Shown: positions 41,480 through 53,580, counted from the first letter of the stretch. The stretch is 64,000 bases of DNA from Octopus sinensis (GCF_006345805.1 NC_043010.1:57164001-57228000); one strand, 5' to 3'. The notes: generated by a model not told the origin, from the sequence alone. A program made the numbers and translations.

Positions 41480-42490
41480 TGTTCCCAAGCTAAGTACAAG
41501 ATCACCTATTTTAGAGTTAGGAGTTTTATTTATTGAAGCCTGCTTCATTTCTGACTTATTTATTTAATTGACACTGGATGGATGAAAGGCAAAGATGATA
41601 TTAAAAATGGAGCATATCACGAGACATTCAATAAAATTCTCCAATGAATTTGGTGTAGAATAGTATATGAATAAAAATGTTTTCTTACCCAGTGACTTTA
41701 GCAACAATAACAGTGTGTTCTGGTAATTCCAATGTAAAATCTGGAATGGCCATAATTGCCATTGGGTATTGTGATAAAATATTTAAGTTAAATGCTGTTT
41801 GAAGTAAAATGTCTTGTGACTGGAGAGCCGAGGTAGCAGACTGCTTACCAAACTGGTGGTTGCCCAGTTCAAATTCCTCTCCTATTAATTGCTGTCTCTG
41901 GGCAACACACTTCATTGTTATTGGGAATATAAGAGATAGAATGCTTTCTTGTAGTAGACTAGTGTCTCTGCCAGGGAAAAGGTATTCGTCTCACCCACTT
42001 AATGCTACAGAAACTGGAGTTCAATATTTGACAGAGGGATTGTTGTTGTTGTTGTTGGAGATTAACAGGGATTGAACTGTTTGAAGTTGCTGATGGCCTC
42101 TGTGGTGTGCATAATAGCAACATGCACTTGTACAAACACACACATTCTCCCGATATTCACTAACACATGCACAAACACTGTATCACATGCACATCAACAC
42201 ACACACACACACACATTTCTTCATACATATTTTGCACTCACCCCACAAACATTTACACACACACATTCTGACACATTTTGCACGTGTGTATATTTACACA
42301 TTAAAACATATATCTACACAGTCATGTACACATTATTTCACTCTAGTCCTGTCAGTATTGACGAAGAAAAAGAATGCCTGTTAAAAATTCCTATTCCATT
42401 CTCCCAAATAATTATAATTACTGAATTAATCGTTACTGATAATGGTTTAATTTTTTTATTGGTTTAAATTGTTTGATATCCTGAGTGAGA

Positions 42491-44908
42491 TCAGTATTTC
42501 TTGCTTCTTACCTGAGTGTTTGGCGGCAGAGCTCTTATCATGGCTGTTGTTTGCCACTCTTTTTCTAATCCTTCTTCTGGACAAAACTGATTCTGGGATC
42601 TCATTGATGAAGTATTTCTATGTATTATTTCTTCCTGGTTTCCTTTCAAAACAACTGGACTGTTTGTCTGATAGATCAGCTGCCCAATTTCATTTCTTGA
42701 TTGGTACGTTTGCTTATCTTCCGTTCTTCTCACAGAGCCATTCCTCACATTGTTACATCTCACAATGCACAGTGTTATGGCAATTACAATTGCAACAGAG
42801 ACGATGACTGTTACAGCAACAATTATAATTAAAAACGTGACATCTATTGTGTTATCTGATTGTGATTGTACCGCAGTTGACATTAGTGATGTCTTGTTAC
42901 TAACAGTCAGTGTCAAAGACACACTAGTTGTTGCTGACAGAACTGGAGTACCGCTGTCTTTCACAGCAAACTCCAGTTCATATGATCCGGCATCATTTTG
43001 GTAAACTGTGCGAGAGAAAGTCAACACACCAGTGTAAGGATTAACAGCAAACAACTGCTTATTATTTCCGCTCAGAATTTCATATTTGAGGAATGCATTT
43101 TTTTTACTATCTCTGTCTGATGCTCTCAGAACTGTGATGTCATTCTTACTTTGTGGATGATAGTGGACATCAAGTCTGAATGGATTGACACTGGGAAATG
43201 TAAAATAAGGTGCATTGTCATTTTCATCTAAAACTTTGACAATAACATTGGCTGTGTTGTTTAACGATGGTATTCCATTGTCTTTAACAAAAACAAGGAA
43301 TTCATAAGTGTTTTGTTGTTCTCTGTCCAATGTTTTGGAAGTTGAAATAAATCCATAGTCAGTTATGTGAAATGGTAAATTATATTTGGTTTTTCCTGGG
43401 ATCAAAGAATATGTCAACCGCCCTCCATCGCCCAGATCAGGGTCCGAAGCATTGATAAATCCAATTGGAAAATTAGGCTTTTCATTCTCATATGTTAGAA
43501 AATTAAATATTTTTTTTGTGAACTGTGGTTTTACATCATTGACGTCCAACACTGCAATCACCATATTCTTGTGGGTCCTTAAAGGTGGAATGCCTTTATC
43601 TTCACATGTAATGGTAACTGCATGTTTTTCTTTTACTTCTCTATCTACGCGTTTCTGAACTATGATTTTGTATTCATTTTCTTGTAATTTTACGAGTTTG
43701 AACTTTTCATGTTGAAGTTTGCAGGTCACTTTGCCGTTATTATCAAAATCATCATCAGTGACGATTACATATGCAATGAAACTGCCGGCATCAGCATCTT
43801 CCGCAACAGTTGTTTCATTCTCTGAAGATCGTAAAATAAAGTCAACATCAATTAAAGGGGGATTGTTTTCCTGATTGATAATGTTTAATTGCAAAATTGC
43901 CAGGGAACTTAATGCTGGGCTCCCCTTATCTGTGGCTTCAACAAAAATCTTGTAAGATGATTTATCATCAAAATGGAATTTCTCGTGTAAAGTCACCTCT
44001 CCTGTAGTTGAATTCAGCCGGAAGTGATTTTTAGCAATGTCATAAGTTTTTGAACTAAAGTGGTAAGTGATCTGACCATTTTTACCAGAATCCTGATCTG
44101 TGGCAGATAAAGTAACAATAGGTTTGTCGTTTTTATGAATTTTTCTGATTGAAATGTTATAAATACTTTGTGTGAAAGACGGTAGGTTATCATTGGCATC
44201 CATTATAGTAATCTGAACATTGAGTTTACTGAGCATTGGATGGAATCCTTCATCTGTGGCTATGATTGCTACATTGTAAAGATCTTTGCTTTCTCTATCT
44301 AATTTACCTACTAAAACAAGGTCTAGTTTAGCAGTCCCATCTAATCTTTTGGAAACTGATAATGAAAATGGCAAGTCTATCGTTTTCTCCAGTCGGTAAA
44401 TGATTTGGGAATTTTGGGCCCCAACATCTTTGTCGATGGCATTTGGGATTGATTTTGTTGTTCCTTTGCCATCAGTTTCTGAAAACATCAGATCAATCAT
44501 TTCACTGGGAAACTGAGGTTTGTGGTCATTAATATCTTCTATTATTACTTTAATTTTCAAAATTTTCATAAAGGTTTTCATGCGATGCACAACAACTTTG
44601 ATAATCCTGAAGCAGTCAGAGTTGTAGGTACAAAGGGATTCAGCATCCAATCGCTGAGTCGTGAATAATTTCCCGCCCTGAGTGACATTAAACAACTGTG
44701 AAGTTGTCAGCCGGCCTACTATTTGCGTGAATGTTATCATTCTGTGGTTGTCTTGGTGGCCACTGTCGTGTAAACGGGCATCTTTAGCAATGTCCCCTAC
44801 AAATGTGTTTGAGCTCTTTTCCTCTTTGACATGATAGATGATATCAACAGAGAGGCAGAGCACCGGAAGTAAAATGAAGACAAAGTGTGTGTATTGGTGG
44901 CAAGTCAT
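42491..44908 (-). CDS. Protocadherin (cephalopod-expansion type): signal peptide, 6 EC repeats, TM helix, start of cytoplasmic tail. Likely spliced at 42512 to further exon(s); the last residues VRSKKY* are donor read-through.
   Basis: 805-aa ORF with cadherin motifs (DINDHKPQF, LDRE, DANDNLPSF, DVNDVKPQF, DENDNAPYF, AxDxD, DxGxP), the EC1 Cys-x5-Cys protocadherin signature (LCTYNSDC), a hydrophobic N-terminus and TM segment FLIIIVAVTVIVSVAIVIAITLCIV. Confidence 0.96.
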   Translation of the reverse strand: MTCHQYTHFVFILLPVLCLSVDIIYHVKEEKSSNTFVGDIAKDARLHDSGHQDNHRMITFTQIVGRLTTSQLFNVTQGGKLFTTQRLDAESLCTYNSDCFRIIKVVVHRMKTFMKILKIKVIIEDINDHKPQFPSEMIDLMFSETDGKGTTKSIPNAIDKDVGAQNSQIIYRLEKTIDLPFSLSVSKRLDGTAKLDLVLVGKLDRESKDLYNVAIIATDEGFHPMLSKLNVQITIMDANDNLPSFTQSIYNISIRKIHKNDKPIVTLSATDQDSGKNGQITYHFSSKTYDIAKNHFRLNSTTGEVTLHEKFHFDDKSSYKIFVEATDKGSPALSSLAILQLNIINQENNPPLIDVDFILRSSENETTVAEDADAGSFIAYVIVTDDDFDNNGKVTCKLQHEKFKLVKLQENEYKIIVQKRVDREVKEKHAVTITCEDKGIPPLRTHKNMVIAVLDVNDVKPQFTKKIFNFLTYENEKPNFPIGFINASDPDLGDGGRLTYSLIPGKTKYNLPFHITDYGFISTSKTLDREQQNTYEFLVFVKDNGIPSLNNTANVIVKVLDENDNAPYFTFPSVNPFRLDVHYHPQSKNDITVLRASDRDSKKNAFLKYEILSGNNKQLFAVNPYTGVLTFSRTVYQNDAGSYELEFAVKDSGTPVLSATTSVSLTLTVSNKTSLMSTAVQSQSDNTIDVTFLIIIVAVTVIVSVAIVIAITLCIVRCNNVRNGSVRRTEDKQTYQSRNEIGQLIYQTNSPVVLKGNQEEIIHRNTSSMRSQNQFCPEEGLEKEWQTTAMIRALPPNTQVRSKKY
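42506..42514 (-). promoter_or_regulatory. 5' splice donor ending the large protocadherin exon (phase 0, after ...PPNTQ)
   Basis: Minus strand CAG|GTAAGA, near consensus, six codons before the ORF stop. Confidence 0.8.
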
Positions 44909-44952
44909 TATCTCTAAGGAGATGGCAAGTTGAGTAAATATTTCCAGTTATT

Positions 44953-44982
44953 CTGAAACAGAGAAAGAAAGCAGAGTTAGTG
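44953..44982 (-). promoter_or_regulatory. Branch point, polypyrimidine tract and 3' splice acceptor of the large protocadherin exon (exon starts 44952; ATG at 44908)
   Basis: Minus strand reads CACTAAC-tctgctttctttctctgtttCAG|AATAACTGG; implies an upstream non-coding exon at higher coordinates. Confidence 0.8.
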
Positions 44983-45242
44983 ATAAACATTGTATAAAAT
45001 ATCACACGGAGAGGGAATAGCATTAAATCATACACAGAAAAAGAGAGCACAACACACATGTGGTTACATGCACGCACAATTATTTGCTGATGCAGACACA
45101 TGCACAGGGACACAGGTATTCAGACACATGCGTTTCTGCACAAATATATGCATACAAACACAGTTGAATGTGCACACACACATGCACGTGTCTACACACT
45201 TTTACATATGTACATACATATACATATGAACAAGCATGTGGA

Positions 45243-45281
<39 letters not shown>

Positions 45282-45553
45282 CTACACTCGTTTACATGTA
45301 CTTGGATATCCACATAAACACATAATTATGTACATACACAACTGAATGTGAACACATATGTACACGCCAATACATACCAACTCATGTGCAGATGTGTATA
45401 TTTGCCAAAGTATGCATAGACAGAGATAATGTATGAAAATGCATATAAAGATGTGTACACAAAGTTGAAGTGATATATTCATCATTCATCTGGTTGCTGT
45501 TAATTAATTTTCTAATTTAAAATTCAGGGAAGTTTGTAATAATAATAATAATA

Positions 45554-45763
45554 ATGGGTACTCGACCAGAAGAAAATTCTAACTGGCCCCACCTGCAAGG
45601 TCATGTGCTGTTTATCTTGATATGAGATCACCATGTTGCGCACATATGGTTGTGATGCATGTGCCAAGTGTACCCTTATCAGACGGGTAGTCATGATGGG
45701 TATACTGGGGTTTGTATATTTTACCCCAGTGTCACTTTGATGGCATGCACTGCTCTCTCACTC
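45554..45763 (+). mobile_element. (AAT)n-tailed repeat family (5'-truncated copy)
   Basis: Homologous to 10335-10473 and 46624-47151; flanked on both sides by (AAT)n. Confidence 0.7.
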
Positions 45764-45841
<78 letters not shown>

Positions 45842-45893
45842 AATGATGATGATGATGATGATGATGATAATAATAATAATAATAATACTAATG

Positions 45894-45928
<35 letters not shown>

Positions 45929-45929
45929 T

Positions 45930-46605
45930 ATACAGTGGAGTATAAATTAAGACATGACAGAGTTGGCCAATATCTCCACTGGCTAATAAGCCGGCATTAC
46001 AATATCAAAACTGCCGACAAGTGGTATAATCACCAGCCTGAGGCTGTAACTGAAGGAGAAAATGTAACCATTCTGTGGGACTTTCCAGTACATACAGACC
46101 GAACCATCAAGGCCAATAAACCAGATATTGTTGTGAAAGACCAAAACAATAAAGTTTGCTTATTGATCGACATGAGCATCCCCTGTGATCATAATATCTC
46201 AGCGAAAGAGTTTGACAAGCTCAGAAAATATAAAGACCTACTCATTGAAATTGAGAAAATGTGGCATCTCAAGGCGGTTACAATACCAGTGATCGTAGGA
46301 GCACTAGGAATGATCAAGAAGGGAACCGAAAATTATATGAGAATGATCCCTGGCTTACCATCCCTGCAAGAAGTGCAAAAGATTGTCTTAACTGGTACAT
46401 CACACGTATTGAGAAGAGCATTGTCGATGTGAGAACTGTTGCTGCTCATGTATTTTAATTTAACTTAAAAAAAAAAAAAAAAAGAATGAACGAACTATTG
46501 AGTTTGGTTTAATGGCCTACCAATGTATACTATGAATTTCTTTGCCCTAGGAGTCGGGAAGACACTCGGCAAGAAATGGAAGCAAATTTGAAAGAAGAGA
46601 AAAAA
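45930..46605 (+). mobile_element. R4/Dong-clade non-LTR retrotransposon, 5'-truncated, with an intact restriction-like endonuclease domain and 3' UTR, inserted in (TAA)n
   Basis: Uninterrupted EYKLRHDRVGQYLHW...ILWDFPVHTDRTIKANKPDIVVKD...LIDMSIP...KLRKYKDL...PVIVGALG...LTGTSHVLRRALSM* (RHD, PD..D, K..KY motifs); (AAT)n on both sides. Confidence 0.9.
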
Positions 46606-46623
46606 TAATAATAATAATAATAA

Positions 46624-47151
46624 TGAATAGCCTAATGCAGTATGGCAGTGGCTCTCATGGCTTCTGGTCTTAACTGATTGGAAGTGTTATCATGTACATT
46701 GTTTTGTCTTGGTATAAAAAGATGAGCTACAGCAAATATTCTGCTCAATACCACAGATTTTCTTGTCAGTTGTTTGACCTTAAACCAGTTGAACATGTCC
46801 TTTAGTGGCTGACGATATGTGCATCTCTGACCACAAGCAGAAGTAGTGGAGGAGCATCAAAGCCATGTTTTGAGAGGAATTGTTTGGGGTTTGAATAATT
46901 CACTTTTGGAAACATGGGTGTTTCGTTCATCGTCCTTAAACAAACCTTATTCAGAGACCTTTTGAATGGGATGGGCTACTTGACCTGAAAAGCAAAAAAA
47001 AAAAAAAATTCACCTACAAGATCATGCTTATCTTAATATGAGATCACCATGATGTATGTGCCAGGTGTAGCCTCACCAGTCAGGTGTTCACAAAGGCTTT
47101 GTATATTTGGACTCCAGCATCACTTTGATGGCATCTGTTACTCTCTCACTC
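46624..47151 (+). mobile_element. Longer copy of the (AAT)n-tailed repeat family
   Basis: 3' part matches 45554-45763; ends ctctctcactc-agtaataat. Confidence 0.7.
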
Positions 47152-47499
47152 AGTAATAATAATAATAATCTTTTCTTTACTCTATTATCCATAAGGTCTT
47201 GAAGGGATACAAAAATATGAAACTTTCACTAGGAGTTACAAAAAAGGAAAGAAAATGTGGAGTGCGAAAGACATATTAACAAATAAAAATAGAGGAACTA
47301 AAGAATGTTAAATAATAACTGGAAAGACATACAGGCATATGTTGGCTTAAGTCATTTTGATTTAAGCCATTCTTGATTATGCTTTGGGTTTCAAAAATAA
47401 TATATGGAAAAGTAAAAATCAAGTTAACTCATTTTACTCAAGTTTTCGTCTGTCTGCCACAAATATTGGAATTGTAAAATCACTAGAAAAGAGTTAAGA

Positions 47500-48140
47500 G
47501 CACATAAAATCACAGGAAGTCATGGGATGAGGTGGTCAAGCATGACCTTTGAATGTTGGGTCTGACATAGGCAATGACGAAAGACCGAGACCTCTGGAGA
47601 TATGCTGTGACTGTGAAGACCCGACAAATAACGTGAGTTCATGGCTGTTTCCTGCACCAGCTTCACATAGAAGCCCCAGCCCATCCAAAGTGCCTTGGAT
47701 CGCAGGACGGCCTGCTGTGCTTACCTTGGATCGTAGGGTGAGCTGCTGTGCTTGAGGAGACCTATTGAGTCAGGTATATCAACATCAAAAAAATCAAATG
47801 GAAATTGTAGTTGTGATCCCTGTGCTGGTGGCACATTAAAAGCACCATCTGTATGTGGCTGATGCCAGCGCCTCCTTGACTGGCCTCCGTGCCAGTGGCA
47901 TGTAAAAAGCACCAACCGATCATGGCCATTGCCAGTCTCTCCTGGCACCTGTGCTGGTGGCACATTAAAAGTACCCACTACACTTACAGAGTGGTTGGCG
48001 TTAGGAAGGGCATCCAGCCGTAGAAACACTGCCAGATCAGATTGGAGCCTGGTACAGCCTTCTGGCTTTCCAGACCCCGGTCAAACCGCCCAAACCCATG
48101 CTAGCATGGAAAACGGACACTAAATGATGATGATGATGAT
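47500..48140 (+). mobile_element. RTE-LINE 3' end with 3' UTR and (GAT)n tail
   Basis: RKSWDEVVKHDL*MLGLT*AMTKDRDLWRYAV, followed by internal gctggtggcacattaaaag repeats and the tail. Confidence 0.8.
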
Positions 48141-48420
48141 CCAAAGAACGAAACAAGTATGTAACAGACGGCAATAAAAACATACGGACAGATGGATGAT
48201 ACAAAGACAGACAGGAAAACCATGACAGAAGATTTGTGGCTTTCTGTTCATCAGTCAAGCTTCCAATCATCATTACAGTTTCGGCCTGTTACTCTTGTAT
48301 ACATGTATAAATATATATATATATATATATATAAATTGATTAGTATTTTCTCCATTCTACTAGCAGTAATGATCAAGGAGGAACAAATATACTACACTAA
48401 GTGTAGTATACTACTAGTGT

Positions 48421-48473
<53 letters not shown>

Positions 48474-49975
48474 ACACACCTACACAATGGACTTCTTCCA
48501 GTTTCTGTTCCACCAAATAAACTCACAAGGCTTTTGATCAACTTGGATTTATAGTAGAAGATACTTGTCCAAGGTACTGTGCAGTGGGACTGAACCCAAA
48601 ACCATGTGGCTGTAAAGCATACACCTCAAACACGTAGCTATGCCTGCATTAATAGCCACACCTGTGCCAGTTACCATGCCTGCATCTAGTGTATATAACT
48701 TAATATACATACATACATTATACATTCATAGATACATAAGTGCTTACATATACATACACACACATACATGCTTGTACATATATAAGTGCATATATGAATA
48801 TGCAGATTAAAACACATCCGCTCTGTTACTCAAACACACACACACACACTCACTCCAAATCAAGGAATGATGGAACACCTGCAAAATCTCCCACACCCCA
48901 CCCACCACCACCATCACCACCACTGTTTTCTAGAACATTTGTAGAAATTAGTGTTTCTCATAATAATTTAATCACTTTTGTCGTGTGGTTTTATTTGTGG
49001 AATTTGAAAAAAAAAAAAACCAAACCAACCAAAAAGATACCATTTCTATTTTTACTCCTTTACTTCTATTTTTACTCCTTCATGGCCATTTTGTTTTCTA
49101 ATTAAGATTTGTGAATTCCTACATTTTTTATTAAAGATTAATATTTATTATTTGCAGTTATTTTTATTCAAATTGTTGTTTGATGTAATTAGATGGTGCG
49201 AGGTCTCTCTCTCTCTCTCTCTGTTTTAGGATTGTTGGCTCTCATCTGAAGAATGTAAATATTTGTTATTCTCACTTTGAAAATAATGGTTATGACTTCT
49301 ATAAGCTGCATCTAATGACATTGAACATTGTTTGAGAAGTCTGGGGAAATCAAGAAAGAGGAACCGCAGACAGGGAAGGGTCAGTGTTCAAGAGATGTCA
49401 GGAGAATCACAAATCAGGATTCTTCTAGCAGGAATTAGACCACTATTTCTTTATTGAACAATTTCATTACAAACAATTGAAGAAAGGAATTCAGACATAC
49501 CATTAGAAATAATCCAAAGTTTTGGAGTTGTATTTGTCTGGTAAGTAATTCGATCTGAGACTGGGTGTTGAAACTGAAGTAATTACACCGTGGAAAAGCT
49601 ATTCTGATCAGCTAACAATACACAAAGCTGTTCCTTTCAAATGTATTTCTATTTCATGAGCTATCAAAATTGTGGTCAACCCATTGTTATGACATGACCC
49701 CTGACTTGTAGACCGTCTGCAGTACAACTCCCATGTCAGCGGCCAGGTTGCAGCTATGAGAGAGAAATTTTGCTTTTCATTCATTAAACAAATAGTTACA
49801 CATTAGTCAAGACAAGTGTGAATTAATTATATATACAGGCCTCTGGCATTTATAAAGTGTTAAATGCTTTTGGTATGCAAATTAGGGACTCCTTCATGGA
49901 GTAACTGCTGCATTTGTTGAGTATATAAACAGTTTGGCTGCTCATTTCTCTGGAGACTGCCTGAATGATGTGAAT

Positions 49976-50018
49976 GTCTCTGATGAAAACCCAATAATGT
50001 CTGAAAATTGATTAAGAT
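49976..50018 (+). ncRNA. Minimal type-I hammerhead ribozyme motif
   Basis: GTCT-CTGATGA-AAACccaataatGTCT-GAAA-ATTGAT-TA-AGAT: stem I 4 bp, stem II 3 of 4 pairs, stem III quasi-palindrome AATTGATT, UUA triplet. Confidence 0.5.
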
Positions 50019-50689
50019 TGTTCATTTATTTTTATTTTCCTTTTGCAGAAAAATGGCTAAAATTTGCCCTGTTTATAATTATTCCATACATTACATATAC
50101 ATACCTCTAAATCTACATTTAAGAATTTTTATGTCATTCTTTGGCAGCCAAACATTATTCTGAAACAATATTTTCCAATGCTGGATACACAAGCAGAACT
50201 TCTCTATGCATAGGATGGATATAAGGTTAATATAACACGAGGAAGGAAGATATCGAATTTTAATGGATTACAACATTAGTTTCTTCAATGCATACACCAC
50301 CTTTAAATTGCTGAGTTTATATTCATATGCCACAACACAAAATTGTTCTTTGTAATTATTATATACCAGAATATTTTTCAGCCACAGTCACGTGTGGGTA
50401 CTTCATTGGGTGGAAGATGATTAAGCACTGTTAGAATTCTCTGGGTCTACATTACAATAGCAACAACAGAGTAAAGCAGCGTTCTTGGTACTCATAGCAG
50501 TAAGGGGAAAAAAAAGGGACAATTTTTATGTGGCACCAGCACAGGGGCGTTTTACATGCCACCACTATGAGTGGATTTTATGCAAGAACTGGTACCTGCA
50601 AGGCAAAAACCTCTTGACTGAGAGAGGGGGTGGGGGCGTGGCTATAAAGGACATGCCTGTATGTAGGGATGGTCACGATTTTACTTAGC

Positions 50690-51310
50690 TTGACATATCT
50701 TCCCAAGTACCACAAATCGCCAGAAGTTCCGGTCTTTTGTCATGTCCTCAGTGGGGCCCAGTGTCTGAAGATTCTTTCTCACCATGTTGTCCCCCATCTT
50801 CCTAGCTCTACCCCTTCCACAGGTTCCCTCCACAATTAGGCCATTGACACCTCTTTATGCAGCTGTCTTCACCCAACCAGTGCACTCTTGCACACAGCAT
50901 CTGGGGCCTCTTACACCCAGTTTTTCTCTTAAAGCCATTTACACTTTGTTGCACATGCACACTGACATTTCCTGCCCAGTGGAGCAGGCTGGCTTCGTTT
51001 CTCTCAAGCCTTCACAAGTCCTCTCTAGCCATAGCCCATGTTTCACTGCCACGAAGCATAGCCGCACATACACAAGCATCATACAATCTGTCTTCCATTC
51101 TGAGGGGGAGGCCCTTATTACAAACAAAGATGAAGCTCTCTGGATTTTGCCCAGCCTGTTCTTCTTATTCTAGCAGCTAGACTTTTAGAACTTCCTCCTC
51201 CAGTGTTAACTTGGTCACCTAGGTAACAGAAGCTATCTACAGCTTCTAAGGATCTCCCTGAGCATTTCAGGAAGTCTTTTCTCCCGACATTCTTAGTGTT
51301 TATTGTACCT
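50690..51310 (-). mobile_element. RTE-clade LINE 3' portion (decayed)
   Basis: LEAVDSFCYLGDQ...LAARIR..GWAK, RLYDACVCAAMLRGSETWA, LGPTEDMTKDRNFWRFVV. Confidence 0.85.
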
Positions 51311-51363
51311 GCATGGAAAATGGACGTTAAAGGATGATGATGATGATGTATATATACATACAT

Positions 51364-51417
<54 letters not shown>

Positions 51418-51919
51418 TGTGTGTGTGTGTGTGTAGGCATGTGGCTTAATGGTTAGCATGTTGCACTCATGATTGTAAGATGGTGGCTTTGATTCCCGGA
51501 CAAAGTGATACGTCCCTTTATTCCGTGCTGGTCCAGTCCACTCAGCTGGCAAAAGGGCATAATTCTGCAATGGACTGCCATTCCATCCAGTGGGGGACTA
51601 TTTACTTTACAGAAGCATGGCAATGTGTAACTGATATATTTTTAAAGCAATGTGGGTGGCAAGCTGGGCAAAATACATAAGAGTCTGCCAATGAATGAAG
51701 ATAAAGACAAGAGGTTGTATTACCTTGCTAAACAGGAAGATAGAAAATAAGAGTTTGGAGTAAAAAATATTTTCATCAGTAGGCCATTCTGGAGTGCTGT
51801 GATGCACAAATGCATACAAATGCATGTGCACCACATACACACACACACACACATTACATACATGTGTGTGTGTCTATGCATGTGTGTGTCTAGATGCTTA
51901 TGTATATATATATATATAG

Positions 51920-52082
51920 GGACAGGAGTGGCTGTGTGGTAAGTAGCTTGCTTAGCAACCACATGGTTCTGGGTTCAGTTCCACTGAGTGACACCTTGGG
52001 CAAGTGTCTTCTACTATAGCCGCTCAGGCTGACCAAAGCCTTGTGAGTGGGTTTGGTAGACAGAAACTGAAAGAAGCCTGTC

Positions 52083-52133
<51 letters not shown>

Positions 52134-52320
52134 TGTATCTGTGTTTGTTCCTCCAGCATTGCTGTGTTTGTTCCTCCAGCATTGCTGTGTTTGTTCCCTC
52201 AACTGATGCAGGTGTGTTTATGTCCCTGTATCTTAGCGATAGAAAAAGTAGGGCTTACAAAGTTTGCTTGACTATAGGGAGTGCTCCAGCATGGTCACAG
52301 TCAAACGACTGAAACAAATA
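51920..52320 (+). mobile_element. Full-length tRNA-derived CORE-type SINE with internal (TG)n
   Basis: gtggctgtgtggtaagtagcttgc...gggttcagttcc...accttgggcaagtgtcttctactatag...gtgctccagcatggtcacagtc. Confidence 0.8.
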
Positions 52321-52475
52321 AAAGAATATATATATATATTTATATGTGTATGTATGTATATACGTATGTGTGTATGCATGTATACACACATGCACTCATA
52401 ATGTTTGTAGCCTAAGAAAGTGACAATAAATTTCCCCAAAGTGTCTCATGCAGACTTTATGAGTCATTTCAGAAT

Positions 52476-52663
52476 GAATGAGTTCAGTGAAAGAATGAAG
52501 GAATGAGTTCAGTGAAAGAATGAAGGAATGAGTTCAGTGAAAGAATGAAGGAATGAGTTCAGTGAAAGAATGAAGGAATGAGTTCAGTGAAAGAATGAAG
52601 GAATGAGTTCAGTGAAAGAATGAAGGAATGAGTTCAGTGAAAGAATGAAGGAATGAGTTCAGT
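52476..52663. repeat. Perfect 25-bp minisatellite, 7.5 copies (gaatgagttcagtgaaagaatgaag)
   Basis: Head-to-tail identical units with no spacers. Confidence 0.97.
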
Positions 52664-53546
52664 CATTTGTTGACAACGTCAATATTTGGCTCTGCCTGTC
52701 GTACGGGGTTCTGTGTCGGGTAATTGTCTAAGGAATATTGAACACCTATTCCCATTTATGTCAAACATCTATTCTCTACAACAGGATTAGGTGTAGGGGA
52801 AAGAGAGAACATCTGAAGATATTCTTGAGAATATACAGCTTTGACAACAAGTGTTTGTTTGTATACGTCCATGTAACTTAGCAGTTTGGCAAAAGAGACC
52901 AGTAGAATGAGTATCATCATCATCCTCATCATCGTTTAACGTCCGCTTTCCATGCTGGCATGGGTTGGACGATTTGACTGAGGGCTGGTGAACCAGATGG
53001 CTGCACCAGGCTCCAATCTTGATCTGGCAGAGTTTCTATAGCGGGATGCCCTTCCTAATGCCAACCACTCCTAGAGTGTAGTGGGTGCTTTTAAGTGCCA
53101 CCGGCACAGGGGCCAGTCAGGCGAAAAAGAAGTACTAGGTTTGATTTATTTGATTGAAAACCCTCTCAAGGTGGTGCTCCAGCATGGCCACTGCCAAATG
53201 ACTGGAAACATAAAAAAAAACTTTAAGAAAATAAAAAAAATATGAAATTCTTCTAAGAATGTATTTAATAAAAAAATGTTATAAGTCCTTAATGGTGGTG
53301 CTCCGGCATGGCCGCAATCAAGTGATTGAAACAAGTGGAAGAATAAAAGAATGTTATAAGGGTTAACTGAAATTGAAGACGTCTGGAATTGTTGACTAAA
53401 GATCATTTTGATTGTTGCTTTGGTCTGTCTTTATTCATGACTCAAAAATGTTTGTCAAGAACATTAATAAACTCTTTTCTGCCATAATCCTAGCAGGAGG
53501 AGGAGCAACTCATTCGAAATCTGTGAATTCCACTGCCATTCACTCA

Positions 53547-53580
<34 letters not shown>

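Noticed and set aside
45659-46432. 257-aa ORF as a host gene
   Set aside because: Chance fusion of a repeat, an (AAT/GAT)n tract (poly-N/D) and a Dong/R4 LINE endonuclease fragment.
52476-52663. CRISPR array
   Set aside because: Contiguous identical repeats without spacers, no cas genes, eukaryotic context.
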